Shown here: positions 26,976-41,209 of the stretch, piece by piece
How positions within the stretch are numbered: position 1 is the first letter of the stretch
How the letters are laid out: the number at the start of each line of letters is the position of its first letter
Assembly (NCBI GenBank): GCA_013239625.1
Contig: MU054187.1
Coordinates: 12,255,325 to 12,319,324 of the forward strand
Direction: 5' to 3'
Length of the DNA stretch: 64,000 nucleotides
Origin: Lama guanicoe
Lineage: Eukaryota
Position numbers and translations under genes: made by a program
Notes under the pieces: model-generated
The model's input: the letters and a program-made list of their open reading frames with translations, nothing else
The model's database searches: none
Told to the model about the DNA's origin: nothing

Positions 26976-29234
26976 GTATTAAAAGCCTTTATGTGGTCTG
27001 GCAAACACTCTAAATTAAAGACAACACCACTAAAATGGTATTTTCTGATAATATGTTAAAGTACAATATTTGTTTACTTTGGTGACAGTTTGAGTGATTT
27101 TTCTTTCTCTTTCACCCAAGCTTACTACAACAAATTCAGAAATAAGAATGTTCCAAAACACTCCTCTGGAATAAATGAGTGACAGCCAGCCCCTCCTTTT
27201 AAAAAATCACCCTCTCATCTCTTTAGAAGATGTCTGCCAATAATGACAACACCTCTTGACAACAGCAATGTACACTAGAAATTTGATGAGAGAGGCTGAA
27301 AAATACAAATGATTATTTGCTGGAGTTTAAAGGCAAGATGCTTAATCACTGTTCATACCTCTTTCCATGCTCTCATCCTCAGAATCTCTAGACTGTGCTC
27401 CTGGCTAACAATTTGTGCAAAGCCCTAGTTGGGAGCAAATTATAAGAATAAATATCCTCTTCTTTCTCTTTCTTTTCTTTCTTCTCCCCCAAGGAGAGGC
27501 TTGTCAGGGTAGAAGCAGAAGGAGGTGAAGAAGTGATCACAAAGGAAGCATATATTAAAAGAAAATTTAGTAGAAATACTCAGTGATTTTTCAAGAGGGA
27601 GAAATCCTAGGAAATTGATTTTTCAGGTGGTGACCCATCATTTTTTTAAGCATTTCTAGCTATTATTATATTCATTTCCTCTTAGAAGGTGAGAAAGGAA
27701 AAAATATAATGGGGAGGGACCTCAATTCTCTGGGCCACTGTATCCCATCTCCATTTTGTCTGTTACCAAATGCCTGGTCAGATTACTTGTGGTTAACTTG
27801 TGAGTACCATTTCTTAAGTGACTGTATGTATGTATGTATGAATGAATACATAATAATTTCAGCTGATTATTGAGCTGTTATTCAAGAAAGAAGCCTTGCC
27901 TCTACTCTCTGGCAATGTGAATTAAGACTTTCAAGTCTAAAAATAGATGAGAAATACCAGGAGGGAAAAAAAGAGAGAAAGGGTAGAGTATATGCCTGGA
28001 TAACAGGTAGAGCTCAGCTGGGAACTGATGCTGAGATGCTGATCTGAAATTTTCAGCGCTGTAACTCAACCTAGACTAGAAACAAGAATTGGAGAGATGA
28101 GAAATAGAAGCAGATGATGAGGAGAGGGAGGAAAAGGAGAAAGATCAAAGCTTACTTTTAAAAATAATGTTCTACCTGCTAGGCATTGTTCTGAGTGCTT
28201 TATGTAAGTAATCTCAATACAACAAAACCACATAGCAGAAAAAGGACGAGTGTATTTGGGCGGTAGGGAGGTGGAATTTTAACCGGAAGTAGAGATTAGA
28301 CTCGAGTTGATATCAAGAATAAAGGGCCCTCAGGGTGGCTTTACTTCAGTAAAACTGGACCCCTTTCTATTCTCTCTGTCTAATGTACCTGCAACTGACT
28401 ACTTGTAACAAGCACATGTTCTCATAACACCCTTACATTACAGCATTAACCATTAACTATTTTTATACCTCTTCAACAAGAGGTGTTCTTCAATTAGAGA
28501 ATATATCAGATATAATTTACTGAACTTTAGTAGGTAAATTAAAATCAGTTACAATCTACTCAGTACTTTGTATAAACCCAAGTGTTATGGTGCCTCCCTA
28601 ACTATTTAGCAGGGGAATTTACAACCTAGCTGGGCTAGGTTTGGAATGTAGTAGCCACCATTAAGACCCTGCCTTCTCAAGACACTTTCAGCTAAGACTA
28701 ACTTGCAGTTATTTTTCTGTCTTTGTGGCAACTGAGTCCATCAACAAAAGATATTCCTTATTTCTATTTCATTTGTAGCTAATTCTGTTGTAATGATCTA
28801 GCATACACAGTAGAGTTGTGGATTTCCTAGCAAGGTAACCACAAGGTCAAGAGTGTCAAGAGATGACAGCAATGGGCCCAGTGTCTCTTACCTTCCCACA
28901 CTGTGGACCTGCTACGATACCTTATTTTACATCTGTTGTTACAGTGCTTTGTAATCCCATTTATGTAATTCAATGTTTGTTTTCCATTTCTCTTCTTACA
29001 TAAAAGATGTGGGTGGAACAAAGGCCATATATATTGCTTCTGTACACCTAACACATTCCTATTTTGCCACATGCACAATAACTGCTCCAAAATGGATATA
29101 GGCTAAATACAAAAAGACCACCAGTTGGCTGGGGAATGAAAAGCAAATCAGGGCTTCACCTCATCAAGAAGTTTCATTGGCATCACTCACTAGAGGAGCC
29201 TAGGTTGTACTCCAAAGGGAACAGATTTAGGAAA

Positions 29235-29400
29235 TACATAGCCCCAGGCTCGAATTCTAGAGCTACCTGCCTCACTATATGACACTGACTGATCTCTATG
29301 AGCCTTGGTGATTTTACCTATAAAATGCAACTAATTTCTCTCTCCCAAGATAGTTAGAATTTGATAAAATAACACGTATATAAGGAACATAGAATGTAAG
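29235..29400 (+). mobile_element. MIR SINE
   Basis: ccaggctcgaattctagagctacc...tctctatgagccttgg...cctataaaatg. Confidence 0.55.
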
Positions 29401-30609
29401 TATGCAAGAAAAGCCTCCTTCTTAAAAACTCCTTTATGTTCTGAATTATAAAATATTTCCACATTTTATTTTAAAAGGACATGGTCAAGGCACTAACAGG
29501 GGGTATAGCAAACACATTTTTACTACTAACCATGAGTTACAATATAAATAAAGACTCAGAGTAAAAATTTTAGAGCTGGGTTTTAACCAGTGATTTAAGA
29601 AATAGCATGAATTATTAAAACACTGAAAGCATATGTCACAGAATTAACTATTATGTATATGCTTAAAAACAGCTTTAAAAGAAAAAAGGAAAATGGCAGC
29701 TGTGAAAAAGTAAATTTGAGATGGAAAGTAATTAAAACCCCTTTTTATGTTCATGGTGAATACTGTTCATTATAGCACAAAAACTCATAAGCAACCAAAA
29801 ACACTATGTACTGATTCTGGAGAGAATCTATGCTAAAAAAAAAAAGAAAGAAAAACTAGGGGAAATCTGAGAGGGAGGGCAGCCTAGGTTTTTAACATTT
29901 TATAAAATGTAAATGCCATCTCTGTTCATTTAGATCATGATTGTCAAAAATATAATAGTCAACGTGAAATAGAAGCTGTACTTCAATATAAATTAAGCTT
30001 TTCTGTACAGCAATTGAGAGAATTCTCTAGTCACTCTTAGAAGTATAATTTTTAAAAAATAAAAACTGAAATTTGGTTTTGAATGAAACATTTTCTTTTC
30101 TTTGCGTGAAAGGGTCATAGGATTTCTTATTATGGGACGTCCAGGAGATTCCTTTTTAAGATTTTTCAAAAGAGGAAAACTTTTAAGGTTATTTTCAAAG
30201 AGAGGAACATGAAAAAGAAAGTGGGGTAGTCCCTTTTCCATCCTTTAAACAAAACCCATGTTAATAAAACATCTAAACACAAATCCCACTGAATGAATTA
30301 TCTGTGTAACCTCATTTGAAACCAGAGAATAGCTTAACAGCATTTCTGTGACCTGCATTTCCCTTTATTAATTAATGTCAGATAATCCAACTTTTGACAT
30401 ATTTACAATTTGTAACTACAGTACAATTTAGCGACTTTGTGGGCCCGCAGACCCTCACGGGGAGGGAGGGGATAGCAAAATGCTAAGACTCATCACATCC
30501 TTACCCATACTCAGAAGTTCGCATGAAACTTTATTTTGAAATTACTTTTTTTGTTTATTTGGATGTTTTTCATGTTTTTTAAGAGAACAGACGTTCACAG
30601 GCAAACACT

Positions 30610-30840
30610 ACCCATGACAGACTAGGTCTGAGCCCCAATTCTTCCTCTAACTAGCTACTTAAATTAGGTGCCCATCACTGGGTAAGTCACTGAACTCCTG
30701 CTGCCTTCATTTCTCCATCTCTAAAGTGTGATCATCACAGCAGCTACTTACTAGGTTTCCTTTAGGGGTTGTGTGATTATGAGAGAGCTTAGAACACGGC
30801 CCAGCACATAATAAGCACAATATACAAACTAGTGATTATA
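30610..30840 (+). mobile_element. MIR SINE
   Basis: ctgggtaagtcactgaactcc...gccttcatttctccatctctaaagtg...agcttagaacacggcccagcacataataagcac. Confidence 0.75.
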
Positions 30841-33633
30841 AATGATCTTCCAGTTCCAAGAACTTTCTATCACATTTGTACTATGATCTGTATTGCTGAT
30901 ACTTGCTTCCACATTCATGTCTCTGTAGTGAAACCATGCTGCTGACTGGCCTACAAACTAGGACATTTAATCAGATAGAACTAAACTGTACATTTAATTA
31001 AACACGTGATTTGTTTAAACACTTCCATCTTAATTCGTGTTCATGTCCTACTTTCTATCTGTTTGGGGTCCCCTCATGATTCTCAAGCTTTGGTAATATA
31101 GTACTGCTCTTTTAAATAAAACAAATGTGTGTATTTAATGACATAATGCCACAGAAAAGCTTCATGTGCATATATAGGTAGCAATAATGTTAGAAAATGT
31201 TCTGTGAACAAAACAGTGAAAAAACAAAACACTGGGATGCTACTCCACATAATGAAAATTTTTTTTAATGAAGTAGCATGCTTCTAATTCAATTTCCTTC
31301 ACATCCTTGATTCACATCTTTTGAGCACTTCTGACAAAATTCATTTTGTAGTATCTGATGGGATCAGTTAATCAAGCTTCCTTTTCTGAGATAAGAATCA
31401 TTTTCCTTGACCAGTCTAGAAGGTGGTGCAAAATGTCTCTGCAATTGTTACAAGATTCAATTAAAAGCAGATGAGCTGAAAGACACAAAGTCCTATTTCA
31501 CTATACATTATGGCCCAGGATATAACATTTAAATGCTTTGAAAGTAAGAAGCGGTTTAGTCTCGACTTCAAATCAAAGAGAATTTACACACAATCAGAAC
31601 ATACTTCAATTCCTGACACAAAGAATTTACCCAGAGTTTTAAATTGATACAACACATGTAAAGGCCCAGAAGCATGTCTTGCCAAAAGTAATAGTCAACA
31701 TTTGTTTTTCCTTTTCTCCGAAACCCTCAAGGTAACCTGTTTATCTCAACTTCAACACACTGTGAAAACTTTACCTCATGAAACCTTGCTGTAGTATATA
31801 GGCTAATGATTGGGTATGTTATTTTCATAATCAGCCCTTGAAATTTAGTAGGAAATAGGACCCTTAATGAACAGAGACCTCAGTAAAAGTAATGACTTAA
31901 TTAAAAACACAGATGTAGAAATACCACAATAAACCAAAGATACCAAATTTATGGGAATATATAGATAATAAATAAATTTACTTTCTATCCCTGAAACAGG
32001 AAAGGGCTGAGAAGTGAGTAAGTCGAAGGTCCTGGGCCACCATAGCAGGGTGACCGTGGGGACGGTGGCCAGCACTGCAGGTAGCATCTGGCTCTGGTGA
32101 TAAGCCACTGTGGTGTGAAAGGAGAAAGTTGGGGTTTTTCCTTTTAAAAATACGGAGGAAAAAAGTAAGAAGATGGTAGCCAATAAAGATTTTATGAAAC
32201 TGTGAATATTCTGAAGGAACAACAACAATAAACATCTAACTTCTACATTAGAGAAAAAACTTTAAGTTCCAAAGCATCTAGCTTCAAAGAAAATCTAAAA
32301 TCAAGATTCCACTGGGTTAATAAAACAATATCTACTATTGTATTAAATGAAACTCCTAAAACCAACCTAATCTGTCTTACAGATGTTAAATTTAAGTCAA
32401 AGGCATTTTACATATCCATTCCATTCAAATATAATAGCATGAGTAACCACCATATAGATTTCAATATACCTCATTCAAAAGTATCTTGTTATACCCTAGA
32501 GTGTGAAACATTTTATCTTATAACCTAGGAAACAGCTTACTTTCTGGACTGTAATAAAATTGCCCTATAAAAGGAAGAATTAGAAATAGAAGTCAAATAG
32601 CTTTTTTGGTGACAAAGAACTGAAAGAAACTGAGAAATAAAGTGTCTCCTCTGGCCCCTGCTCTGTCTATTCTAATAATTGAAGCCACCAACTCAGTAAT
32701 TATGACACAGTTGTTTCCCCAAACACAGTTGTTTCTTCTCAGTGTTCGTGCAAGGCACAAGGCAGGTCTTCCACAAGCTCCCCGACTCACCTGCCCACTG
32801 CAGTCTGCCTGGCCCATCGCTCTCCTGCCTTTCAGTCCTTCTCCCTCTCAAGGAGGCACAACCACACTGGGCTCCACGTCCGCGGAACTGACCGCTAACA
32901 GACGCCCAGTCCTTTAGGTTCGGGCCACAAAACTTCAACTGTATGATTTCTGCTTATGAAATGCACGTAACTGGCACCTTTGCTTAAGGGAGGCAAAGTC
33001 CTCAAATTAATTAATTCTAAGTTAGTTCAGGACTTTTTTGAATACATTCGAAAGCAACAAAGGCAAATAATTCTGCAGACGATGGCACCACACCCTCAGC
33101 CTTGCAGGGGGAATGGACTTAAGAGAGCGTCCAAAACTGGTCTGTCTGCCTTCATTTATTCCATGTGGTTAAATTCCCCTTTAGCAGTCATTAAACGCTA
33201 CGTGCTTCTTCCTCTCCCTTGGCTTTTTTTGGATGGGAAGGCAGACGTGTAGCTGAGACTAGATCAAAAAGTCTGTTTCCACTGATTGTCGACACCCATG
33301 AATCATTCATGAAGTAGCAAGCAATGCTCAGACAACCTAATGCATGGAATTAGGTTAAAATCACAATTTGCAAAATTTACTGTTAACTTCTGTGGTTTTG
33401 TAATTTTTCTGAGTCTCAAGCTAGCCCCAGAAGTCTCAATGGAAATATCTATATCCTAATGCCAAAGAATCACAGGTAGGGAAGGAAGGAGGGAAGGATA
33501 TAAATTTTACAGATATAAATAATTTGATAAATAAATGCTTAATTTATCCCTTACATCTAGATGTTGCAAACAGTTGGGAATGACATAAATGATTTGAACT
33601 TTAAAAAAACAAACGAAAAACTATGAGGTATTT

Positions 33634-33836
33634 CAAAATTGTAGAATAGATAAACAAGATTATACTGTATAGCACAGGGAAATAAATATACACAAAATCT
33701 TATGGTAGCTCACAGAGAAAAAAATGTGACAATGAGTGTGTATATGTCCATGTATGACTGAAAAATTGTGCTGAACATTGGAATTTGACACAACATTGTA
33801 AAATGATTATAAGTCAATGAAAAATGTTTAAAAAAA
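33634..33836 (+). mobile_element. Young 5'-truncated L1 3' end (camelid-like) with a perfect 19-bp TSD
   Basis: tagataaacaagattatactgtatagcacagggaa...ttgacacaacattgtaaaatgattata plus an A tail; identical gaaaaactatgaggtattt at 33615-33633 and 33837-33855. Confidence 0.92.
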
Positions 33837-36800
33837 GAAAAACTATGAGGTATTTAATGGAAGCAGCCTGATTTTATTTGCTATTTTATCTTTAAGGGAA
33901 TTCTGGAAAGGCCAGCTGACTCGAATTCAACACCTAACTAGAAAATGACATTTATCTGCCTCTTTCCTTCCAGAGTGAACGTGAGCAGTATAGCCAGAAC
34001 TCTTACTAACCCCAATCAAATGCCACGTGTCAGTTACCATGGTAGCACGACTGTGAAATTCTGCTCACCGCAGACCTTGTCCCTAAAGCTAACATTCTGC
34101 TGTCCAGGTAAGTAGAATATACAAGTTGCAACTGAAATCTAGAGGCCAATAACAAACAAACAAACAAAAAGCATGAGAGTATACATTTTATTAACAATCT
34201 GCACCCACTTCTCCCCACTCCCAAACATGCACACACCTGTCCTACAGCTCAGAAAGCAAAGCGGAAGAATCAGAGCCCACTCTTTCTCAGAAGATGCTGG
34301 TTCCAGTGCTACTTCCTCTAAGAACAAAAAAATCAGGTTCTGCCACGCTCCTGGTATGTTTTTCAGCGATGCACTATGCTTACATCACTTGCTGATCTGT
34401 ACCTATGGAAACAGCAAAACCGCTATTCTAAATGGAGGCTGCCTGGACTCTGGCCAGTCTCAGCCTCACAAAACACAACACAACTACCTCATGAGGTGTG
34501 TACCTTCCCAGGAGCACACTTTGAAAGCCACAGTTAACTCCACGTAAATAAAATATTTACCTAAGAGAGAGAGCTTTTGTTGCTGTTGCCTACCTGACCT
34601 CTACTCACATGGACACAGATTAAGACTTTTAGTACATACAGACGTGTAATTCAGAAATCAACGCTCAGTTTTTGTTCTTTAAAAGAAAAATCAGAAAGCC
34701 AAAATTCAACGTGAAAATAACAAGCAAGGAAACACAGAGTTAAGCTTGCATTGATATTCCTTTTCCAGCTTAATAATTTCTGGTAGTTATTCTTTATATT
34801 TCCCATAGCACTTAACACAGGCTAGCACGATATAAATAATTAATATTCTGAAAGTACAGACAGTCAGAAGGAAGGAAAGAGGGACTGAAGGTAAAGGGAA
34901 GGAGGGAAGAAGAAGATGCTGAATGAATGTAGTTCTAGGGGGAAAATGAAGCCAATCTGTGTACGTGAATGTGCACCTTAAAAGGGAGGAAAGCAGAACA
35001 GTAAGAAGATTTAAAAAACTGGCTGTCATACAAATAGCTTCCAACTGTGGCTCTGTGTCAGTAACACGCACTGGAAGATCATTTCAACATACGCGGAAGC
35101 CTGTTCCATCCTGAGGTCAGGAGCCCATTCCACATACAGAGAGCGGAGGGTTCCACCCCGGGGGCTAGGATTAGGATTCTAGTCTAAATAGCTAAATGAC
35201 TGAGGGCATTTTGTCAACTGTCAAACTATTTATTTTCCAAATCACAGTGCCTACCATGCTGATAGTCTGAAGGAAATACCACAAAAATAGCAATACAATT
35301 AAGTGTTCGCAGATTTTCGCCTAAAGCAAAATGTACATATTTAAATATTCTACATTTTTGTTTAGAATAACACTGATTTTCAGCGAACAGTGCTCAAAGC
35401 CTCAGATTTGTAGCTCAAATCAAGCTGCCCATCTTTGTGGGATTTTACACATTTGAGTTAAATCAGATTGCTAATCACAAATCTCACATCTATGAACAAA
35501 GAGGGAATTCAACATCCAACAAATATTCATTTGAAATGTACTTTCAACCTTTGCCATATTCAATATGGACATATTTTCTTCTATGTCTTGATATGCTTAA
35601 TATAATTTTTAGTATTTAGAATTCAGTTATAACACCAAAATGTATTAGTACCACAAGAAGTATATTATGCTTTACTGTACTTTGGAGACCTTCTCTCTCC
35701 ATATTAACGTTGAGGAGCTGAGCTCTACCTAGTAAGTATGAACAATTCTTTCCCCACCCATCCCACCCTGTCCTCTTACCCCAGATATTTCTAAAATAGA
35801 GAAAATAAACTTATAAATAAATCTAAAATACAGATATATGAATCCACAGTGCATTCAGTTTTCCACAGCAAAGGGAAAATTACATTTCAAGGCTATGCTG
35901 TCAATTAGATTTATCTAACATCTGCCCCTGTTTTGACTATCAGTTCGAAGAAAATTTTATTGGCTAACTTTGAAAATGCTTAAAATGTGAGGCTGAATGG
36001 AAATATTGATGTAGCAATAGATGAAACAGCACAGTTCAGTCTGTTAAATAAATGTTGTCTTGTTCAATTCAAACGACAGAATTCCCTTTCCGTATACTCA
36101 AATCTGGAATTGGCATTTTCACTCATAGATATAATCCTTTTTGAAAGTGTGATAAGTATACTTACTCATGTTTTCAAATCAAAATTTTAAGATATATTCA
36201 ACAACACTGCCTTCAAGAATATTTTCTCCACAACATTATACACTTAAGACTCAAAGTATCTCCATATGATATGACCTACTCAGCCCTGAAAGAAAACTAA
36301 ATAAGGAAAGCTGAAGTTCTACGTGAGCCAACCTTGCTCTACCTCAAAGCTACTGCAATTCATTTCTAAAATAATTTTTAAAAATTTCCCCGGAGGCATA
36401 AATTATTACAGCTTCCAAGAAAAGGGTTCTAGGTAATTCTATATTCACAGTATTTCACACAACCTGTTCTCTGTAGGAAAAGTGATTCATCCAACAAACC
36501 ACAGATGCCACTCGTTTATTTACTTAGAAATAAAATTTCTAACATTGCAAAGGGTAAAGAATGCCAATTCATAGCATACCATGTTTATAATGGAAAAACT
36601 AATTCCAACAGCCTTCCCCCCAAAGCTGGGTATGCAATGAAAGTGCCGGCGCGGGCATTCAAGTTGTTCAGGTCTCCATTAAATTTCAAGTGAGTCATCG
36701 TGTTTCACAGTTTGAAATAAAGGTTAAAAGTTAAGACCTGCTAATGAAAAATATTAGAAAAATCATGTTTGATTCTAAAATTAATTTTGAAATCCTTAAA

Positions 36801-36869
36801 TATGAATGAGATTTTCCTATGTTACCCCTATTGCCACAAATATGCTTGCATTCAGGGCTATTTACGCAG

Positions 36870-37060
36870 AAAACGGAACTCAGGGGTCAAGATCAAAGTC
36901 TTTGGAGTGGAAAACTGCCACTTACTAGATATGACCTTGGAGAAGTCACTTAACCTCTCTAAGCTTCAATTTCCTTATCTGTTATTCTGAAGATAACCAA
37001 AAGCTCTTATATAATGCCTGGCACACGGTAAGGGAGCCGTAAGTAACAGCTGCTGTAATT
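36870..37060 (+). mobile_element. MIR SINE
   Basis: ctgccacttactagatatgaccttggagaagtcacttaacctctctaagcttcaatttccttatctgt. Confidence 0.85.
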
Positions 37061-37914
37061 AGGGTTGTCAAAGGAATTTCTGCACTTGTAAATTAGATAT
37101 GAATTAAGAAATGGCTGTGCAAATTCCTAAAATTTCACTTAAAAAAAAAACAAACCCAAAAACCTAAAGGTCAGACTCGGTTCTTTCTCTAAATGAAAAA
37201 TCATGATGGCAGGAGAGATTAATGCCTGAAGAAGGTGAAATAGACCAAAAAACAAAACTCACAAGAAAACAAGAGACAAGAACCCAACAGCAGCAATTCA
37301 CACCTTGGAACACTTAAAAACTGCCAAGAACACAAGGAAACAGGTGGTCAGCTTATGCATGCAGCTATCTTTGATAATGAATCCACACATCAATATGGAG
37401 GGCAGAAAAATGACCCCAAATTTTCCCCAATCTACAAAGAGGAAACGAAGTTAAATAAATTACATTTTTATGCAATGAAAGGTAGTGGGAAATTTTTAAG
37501 TTATTTGGTTTTCAGAGGTTAAAATTGGACAACTACCTTCAAATCTACTTTGCTCTCCTTAAGGGTATCACAAAACATATCCAGCACGGTAGCAGGATGG
37601 AGTAAGGAGGGGAGAAGCTCCCACACTTGCTTCAAGTTTACCCATCACTGGATTCTAAGACCCTTCTAGCGTAGTGACAAAGTAAATACAGAATTGGAAG
37701 CATTATCCTCTGAATTCTACCCTGATTAAGCACACTTGAGTACATAAAATATGTAACACAGGTAATTCCTCTGAACACTTAAGAGCTATATACTTCAAGT
37801 ATCTGATATAAATTAATAGCATATTTAGAAATAAGTATAAGGAGCTATTTCTAGTTTGTATTAACAGATGCAGAGTTCAATGGCTGTGAATATAAATAAA
37901 TTCATAATATTTAT

Positions 37915-38170
37915 TACCCAATAATTACTGTAACAAAGATGTACTCAGTCTTACCTATGTAATAAGCACATCCTAAGGGTTAGGAATACTGTTTTTAACA
38001 AGACAAAAATGGCCCCAACATTCATGGAGCTTATATTCTAGTAGGGGAGACTATAAACAAGAATATATCACATGATCCAAACATTATGATAAAAGTACAG
38101 CAGGGCTGTGTGATAAGGAGTGACTGAGAAGCTATTTCAGACTGGTTGGACAAGAAAAGCTTGCTCATTA
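37915..38170 (-). mobile_element. L2 LINE 3' end
   Basis: ttacctatgt...taggaatactg...aacaagacaaaaatggcccc...tcatggagcttatattctagtagggga. Confidence 0.7.
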
Positions 38171-38549
38171 AATCTGCCCCTGTAAGACTGAAATTTGCTG
38201 CCAAAATCTAGCAGCCTATTCTTTTTTATTTACATATAAAAATAAATGTAAACACTTTGCCAAGCTATGAAATTACAGTTCCCCTCATCCAACTGGTAAA
38301 TGTAAACTCTTCTCAAATAGACACTGATAAACAGATACGGTCATACGCTCATTTTACCTTCAAATATTATTTCCAACACGTTCACAGAGAATTTTCATAA
38401 TGAAACCAACACAAATATTCAACATTTTGGGGTTTTATTTACATTCATTTTACTTATATGTTATTTTGCTAAATTATAAACAGAGTAATTTTAAATGAAT
38501 TTACTTAAAAACCAAAACACACCAATAGAAAAGCTTACTTTTAACTCAC

Positions 38550-38606
38550 CTGTGCCTGTACACAGTGCAGAAGATCTATAAATTTGTGGCCAAATCCAAG
38601 AGAAAT
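38550..38606 (-). other. NCOA2: NCOA2 non-coding 5'-UTR exon (exon 2, 57 nt)
   Basis: Minus strand reads catttctttacattgcag|ATTTCTCTTGGATTTGGCCACAAATTTATAGATCTTCTGCACTGTGTACAGGCACAG|gtgagt, with a canonical acceptor and donor and no ATG. It closely matches the NCOA2 mRNA leader as I recall it (GATTTCTCTTGGATTTGGC...TATAGATCTTCTGCACTG...ACAGGCACAG upstream of the start-codon exon). Confidence 0.88.
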
Positions 38607-38854
38607 CTGCAATGTAAAGAAATGAACAAATATGAATTTTAAAAATGCTGAATCCTGTTACACTCACTAGAGTAGATGTGTTTTTTTTTTACAACCAATA
38701 TACAAGAAATACTCATTAATAACAAGTCTCCATTAAATTGCATGGTAAGTCAAGAAGGAGGTAAGTAATGTACTTGTCTTTGTACAAGCGAATGTAAAAT
38801 ATGTAAGGCCACATTTCAGTGTGAATTACGAAGTGTCTACCCTCATTTTGAGTT

Positions 38855-39042
38855 CCCACTATAATACTTAACTACGCTTTCTGGTAATTGCTTGTCTAGT
38901 CACTAGCACTAAAGGCGGAAAAAAAGTAGAGGCGGCCCGAGGCACCCATTTCCACACCACACTCACTCCTAGGGCTAGCCCAGCGCCCAGCACGCAGTCA
39001 TACAGTACGCAGTAAATGTTTCCAGAATGAATGAATGAATAA
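38855..39042 (+). mobile_element. L2 LINE 3' terminus
   Basis: cctagggctagcccagcgcccagcacgcag...agtaaatgttt...gaatgaatgaatgaat. Confidence 0.7.
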
Positions 39043-40487
39043 ACTCACAAACTGACCTTAGCCTGCTGCGATTTACAGTTTGCCTATATGGAATAGGGAC
39101 GCTTGAAATTATTGAAATAAACATCTATGTCATAATTGTTTAAGGAAACGTTCAAAAGTGAATAATTTGTCTCAAAAAAAGGTCCTGGGTAAGATGATGT
39201 AAAAATGATGCTATCTATGACAATTTGCAAGAGTAAGTGTGGGAAAAGACGAGGAAGAACTGAACATTTCCAATAATGAGGGCAACTGCTCACCACGTGT
39301 CTTCTGGGTGTGTATCTCTGAGAGCAAAAAGCATGGCTTTGAAGGACCCTGTCGTATTTTCTCTGATCCACACAAGAAACAATTCCACTACACCAAAGAA
39401 GTTTCCAAGATGCACAGTGAGGAATATGAATACAAAAAATATGTGCTTATAGTATTTTATATGTATTAATGTTTACCACTCTTGTGTATATTATGGACTC
39501 AAGAAAAACTGTCTGACTGCTAGTGGTAGTAGTATGTCTTTATTTTAAATATTATATACTACTAAATTTAATCAGCTTCAAGGAATGTTTTTATAACTGA
39601 GTTACTGTTTTTTTCCTTCAGGTGACAATAATCAGTAATAATTCACACTTTGATCCATTATCAAACTTAAAATAGTATTAAGTCTCTTAAGAGTCCTTTA
39701 CTCTTTAGAATAATAAATAGAACCTAACAGTAGAAAAAAGCTCATTTTCCTAGGACACTAGAAAAATCTGATTTCATAATCTGAGAGGTCTAAAGGGGAA
39801 AGAAACGGGAAAAAAATGCATTTTGATTTTTACCACGACTTTATCAGTCTGGAGATCATCATCATATGTAATGAAATGTAGCTAGAGTATTACGCAGAGA
39901 TGATTCACGAAAAACAAAAGGAAATCTGTATGCAAATAAGAAGTTATCACAGTAAATAAAATGAATGGATTCTCCTCAAGTAGCAGTCCGTGAGCAGAGT
40001 GCAGTAAACTGTTACGTAATGGGAGCCATCAATCCTCCCCACACTGCTGGGGTAAAGGTACTCGTTGTGCCAGCCAAATTAAGCCCATTCTGATTCCATA
40101 CCAACAACTCATCTGCTCAAGGACATCACACTCGGCAACAGTTAAGAGCTAAAACTGGTGATGTTAGTAGGAATGATGATATTAAACAATTACTGCTTGA
40201 TCTATACCACTTGGAAAGTTTTTTTTATTAATATGCTAATATAATATGAGGGGAAAGTGTTAATGAATCTAAGCTAAAGACAGACGTATAAGGACATGAA
40301 GACAGAAGATGTGAATAATTTCCATGGTATAGTGTAATATCTTGGTGTAACATTTTAAACAAGAATTAAGTAAAATACTTACAGAATTACAAAATGTTTT
40401 AGAAGCCACTAAGGTAAGATAATGGCTATTTAAAGCAATAGTACGGGCAATGATAACCCTATAATAAATCAATATCCCACTACTCTT

Positions 40488-40563
40488 TTTTTGTTTTATT
40501 TTTTGATTGAAGCGTAGTTGATTTAGAATGTTAGTTTCAGGTGTACAGCACAGCGGTTCAGTG
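40488..40563 (-). mobile_element. 76-bp L1 3'-tail insertion with an 11-bp TSD (1 mismatch)
   Basis: attgaagcgtagttgatttagaatgttagtttcaggtgtacagcacagcggttcag; flanked by ccactactctt (40477-40487) and ccactgctctt (40564-40574). Confidence 0.85.
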
Positions 40564-40824
40564 CCACTGCTCTTCTACCAGTCCTGATAGTTTTCATGAG
40601 GCTACTTCAGAAGTTTCAAGGGAAGGAGGAGGAAATGTCTTTCCTTTTGTCATTCTGCCAGGCCCAGGGCAGAGTGACAGAAGGAAAGGCAGGAACCTTG
40701 CAAGAAAAGGCAAAGGGATATATGTTACCCTTTTCTCTCTGACCACCACTACTGTTGCCACTATATAAACTAAAAATATAAACCTCCTCTCCACAAAGGA
40801 ATAGGTCACTATGAGGAGGCCAGG

Positions 40825-41030
40825 CTGCACAGAGCAGTGGAAAGAAGCTAGGGTTAAGAGAGGTTTCAAAAACCAGCCTTATCGTGTAAATATTACTAAA
40901 TCCCTAGCAGCCGCTTAGTGACTATTGTGGACTCAGCTATAAAATCAGGATACCACCGTCCTCTCTGCAGTACCTTGGAAGTATTAAATGAGATAGTAAC
41001 AGAAAGCACCTGGTACATAGTAGGTATTAT
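40825..41030 (+). mobile_element. MIR SINE
   Basis: cagagcagtggaaaga...gtattaaatgagat...aaagcacctggtacatagtagg. Confidence 0.6.
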
Positions 41031-41209
41031 ACACAATTATGCCAAGTATGATGCTGGGAAATGCTGCTAGCTGTGACAGGTAACCCAATCAATCCCCAAG
41101 CAGAACTGATTCTCCCCCAGATGTCTTAATAGCTTTATCTATCTGCACATTACCGCCCAGAGAGACTGATGGAAAATTTCTGAACAGGGGGCTAACTTTA
41201 AGATTACAT

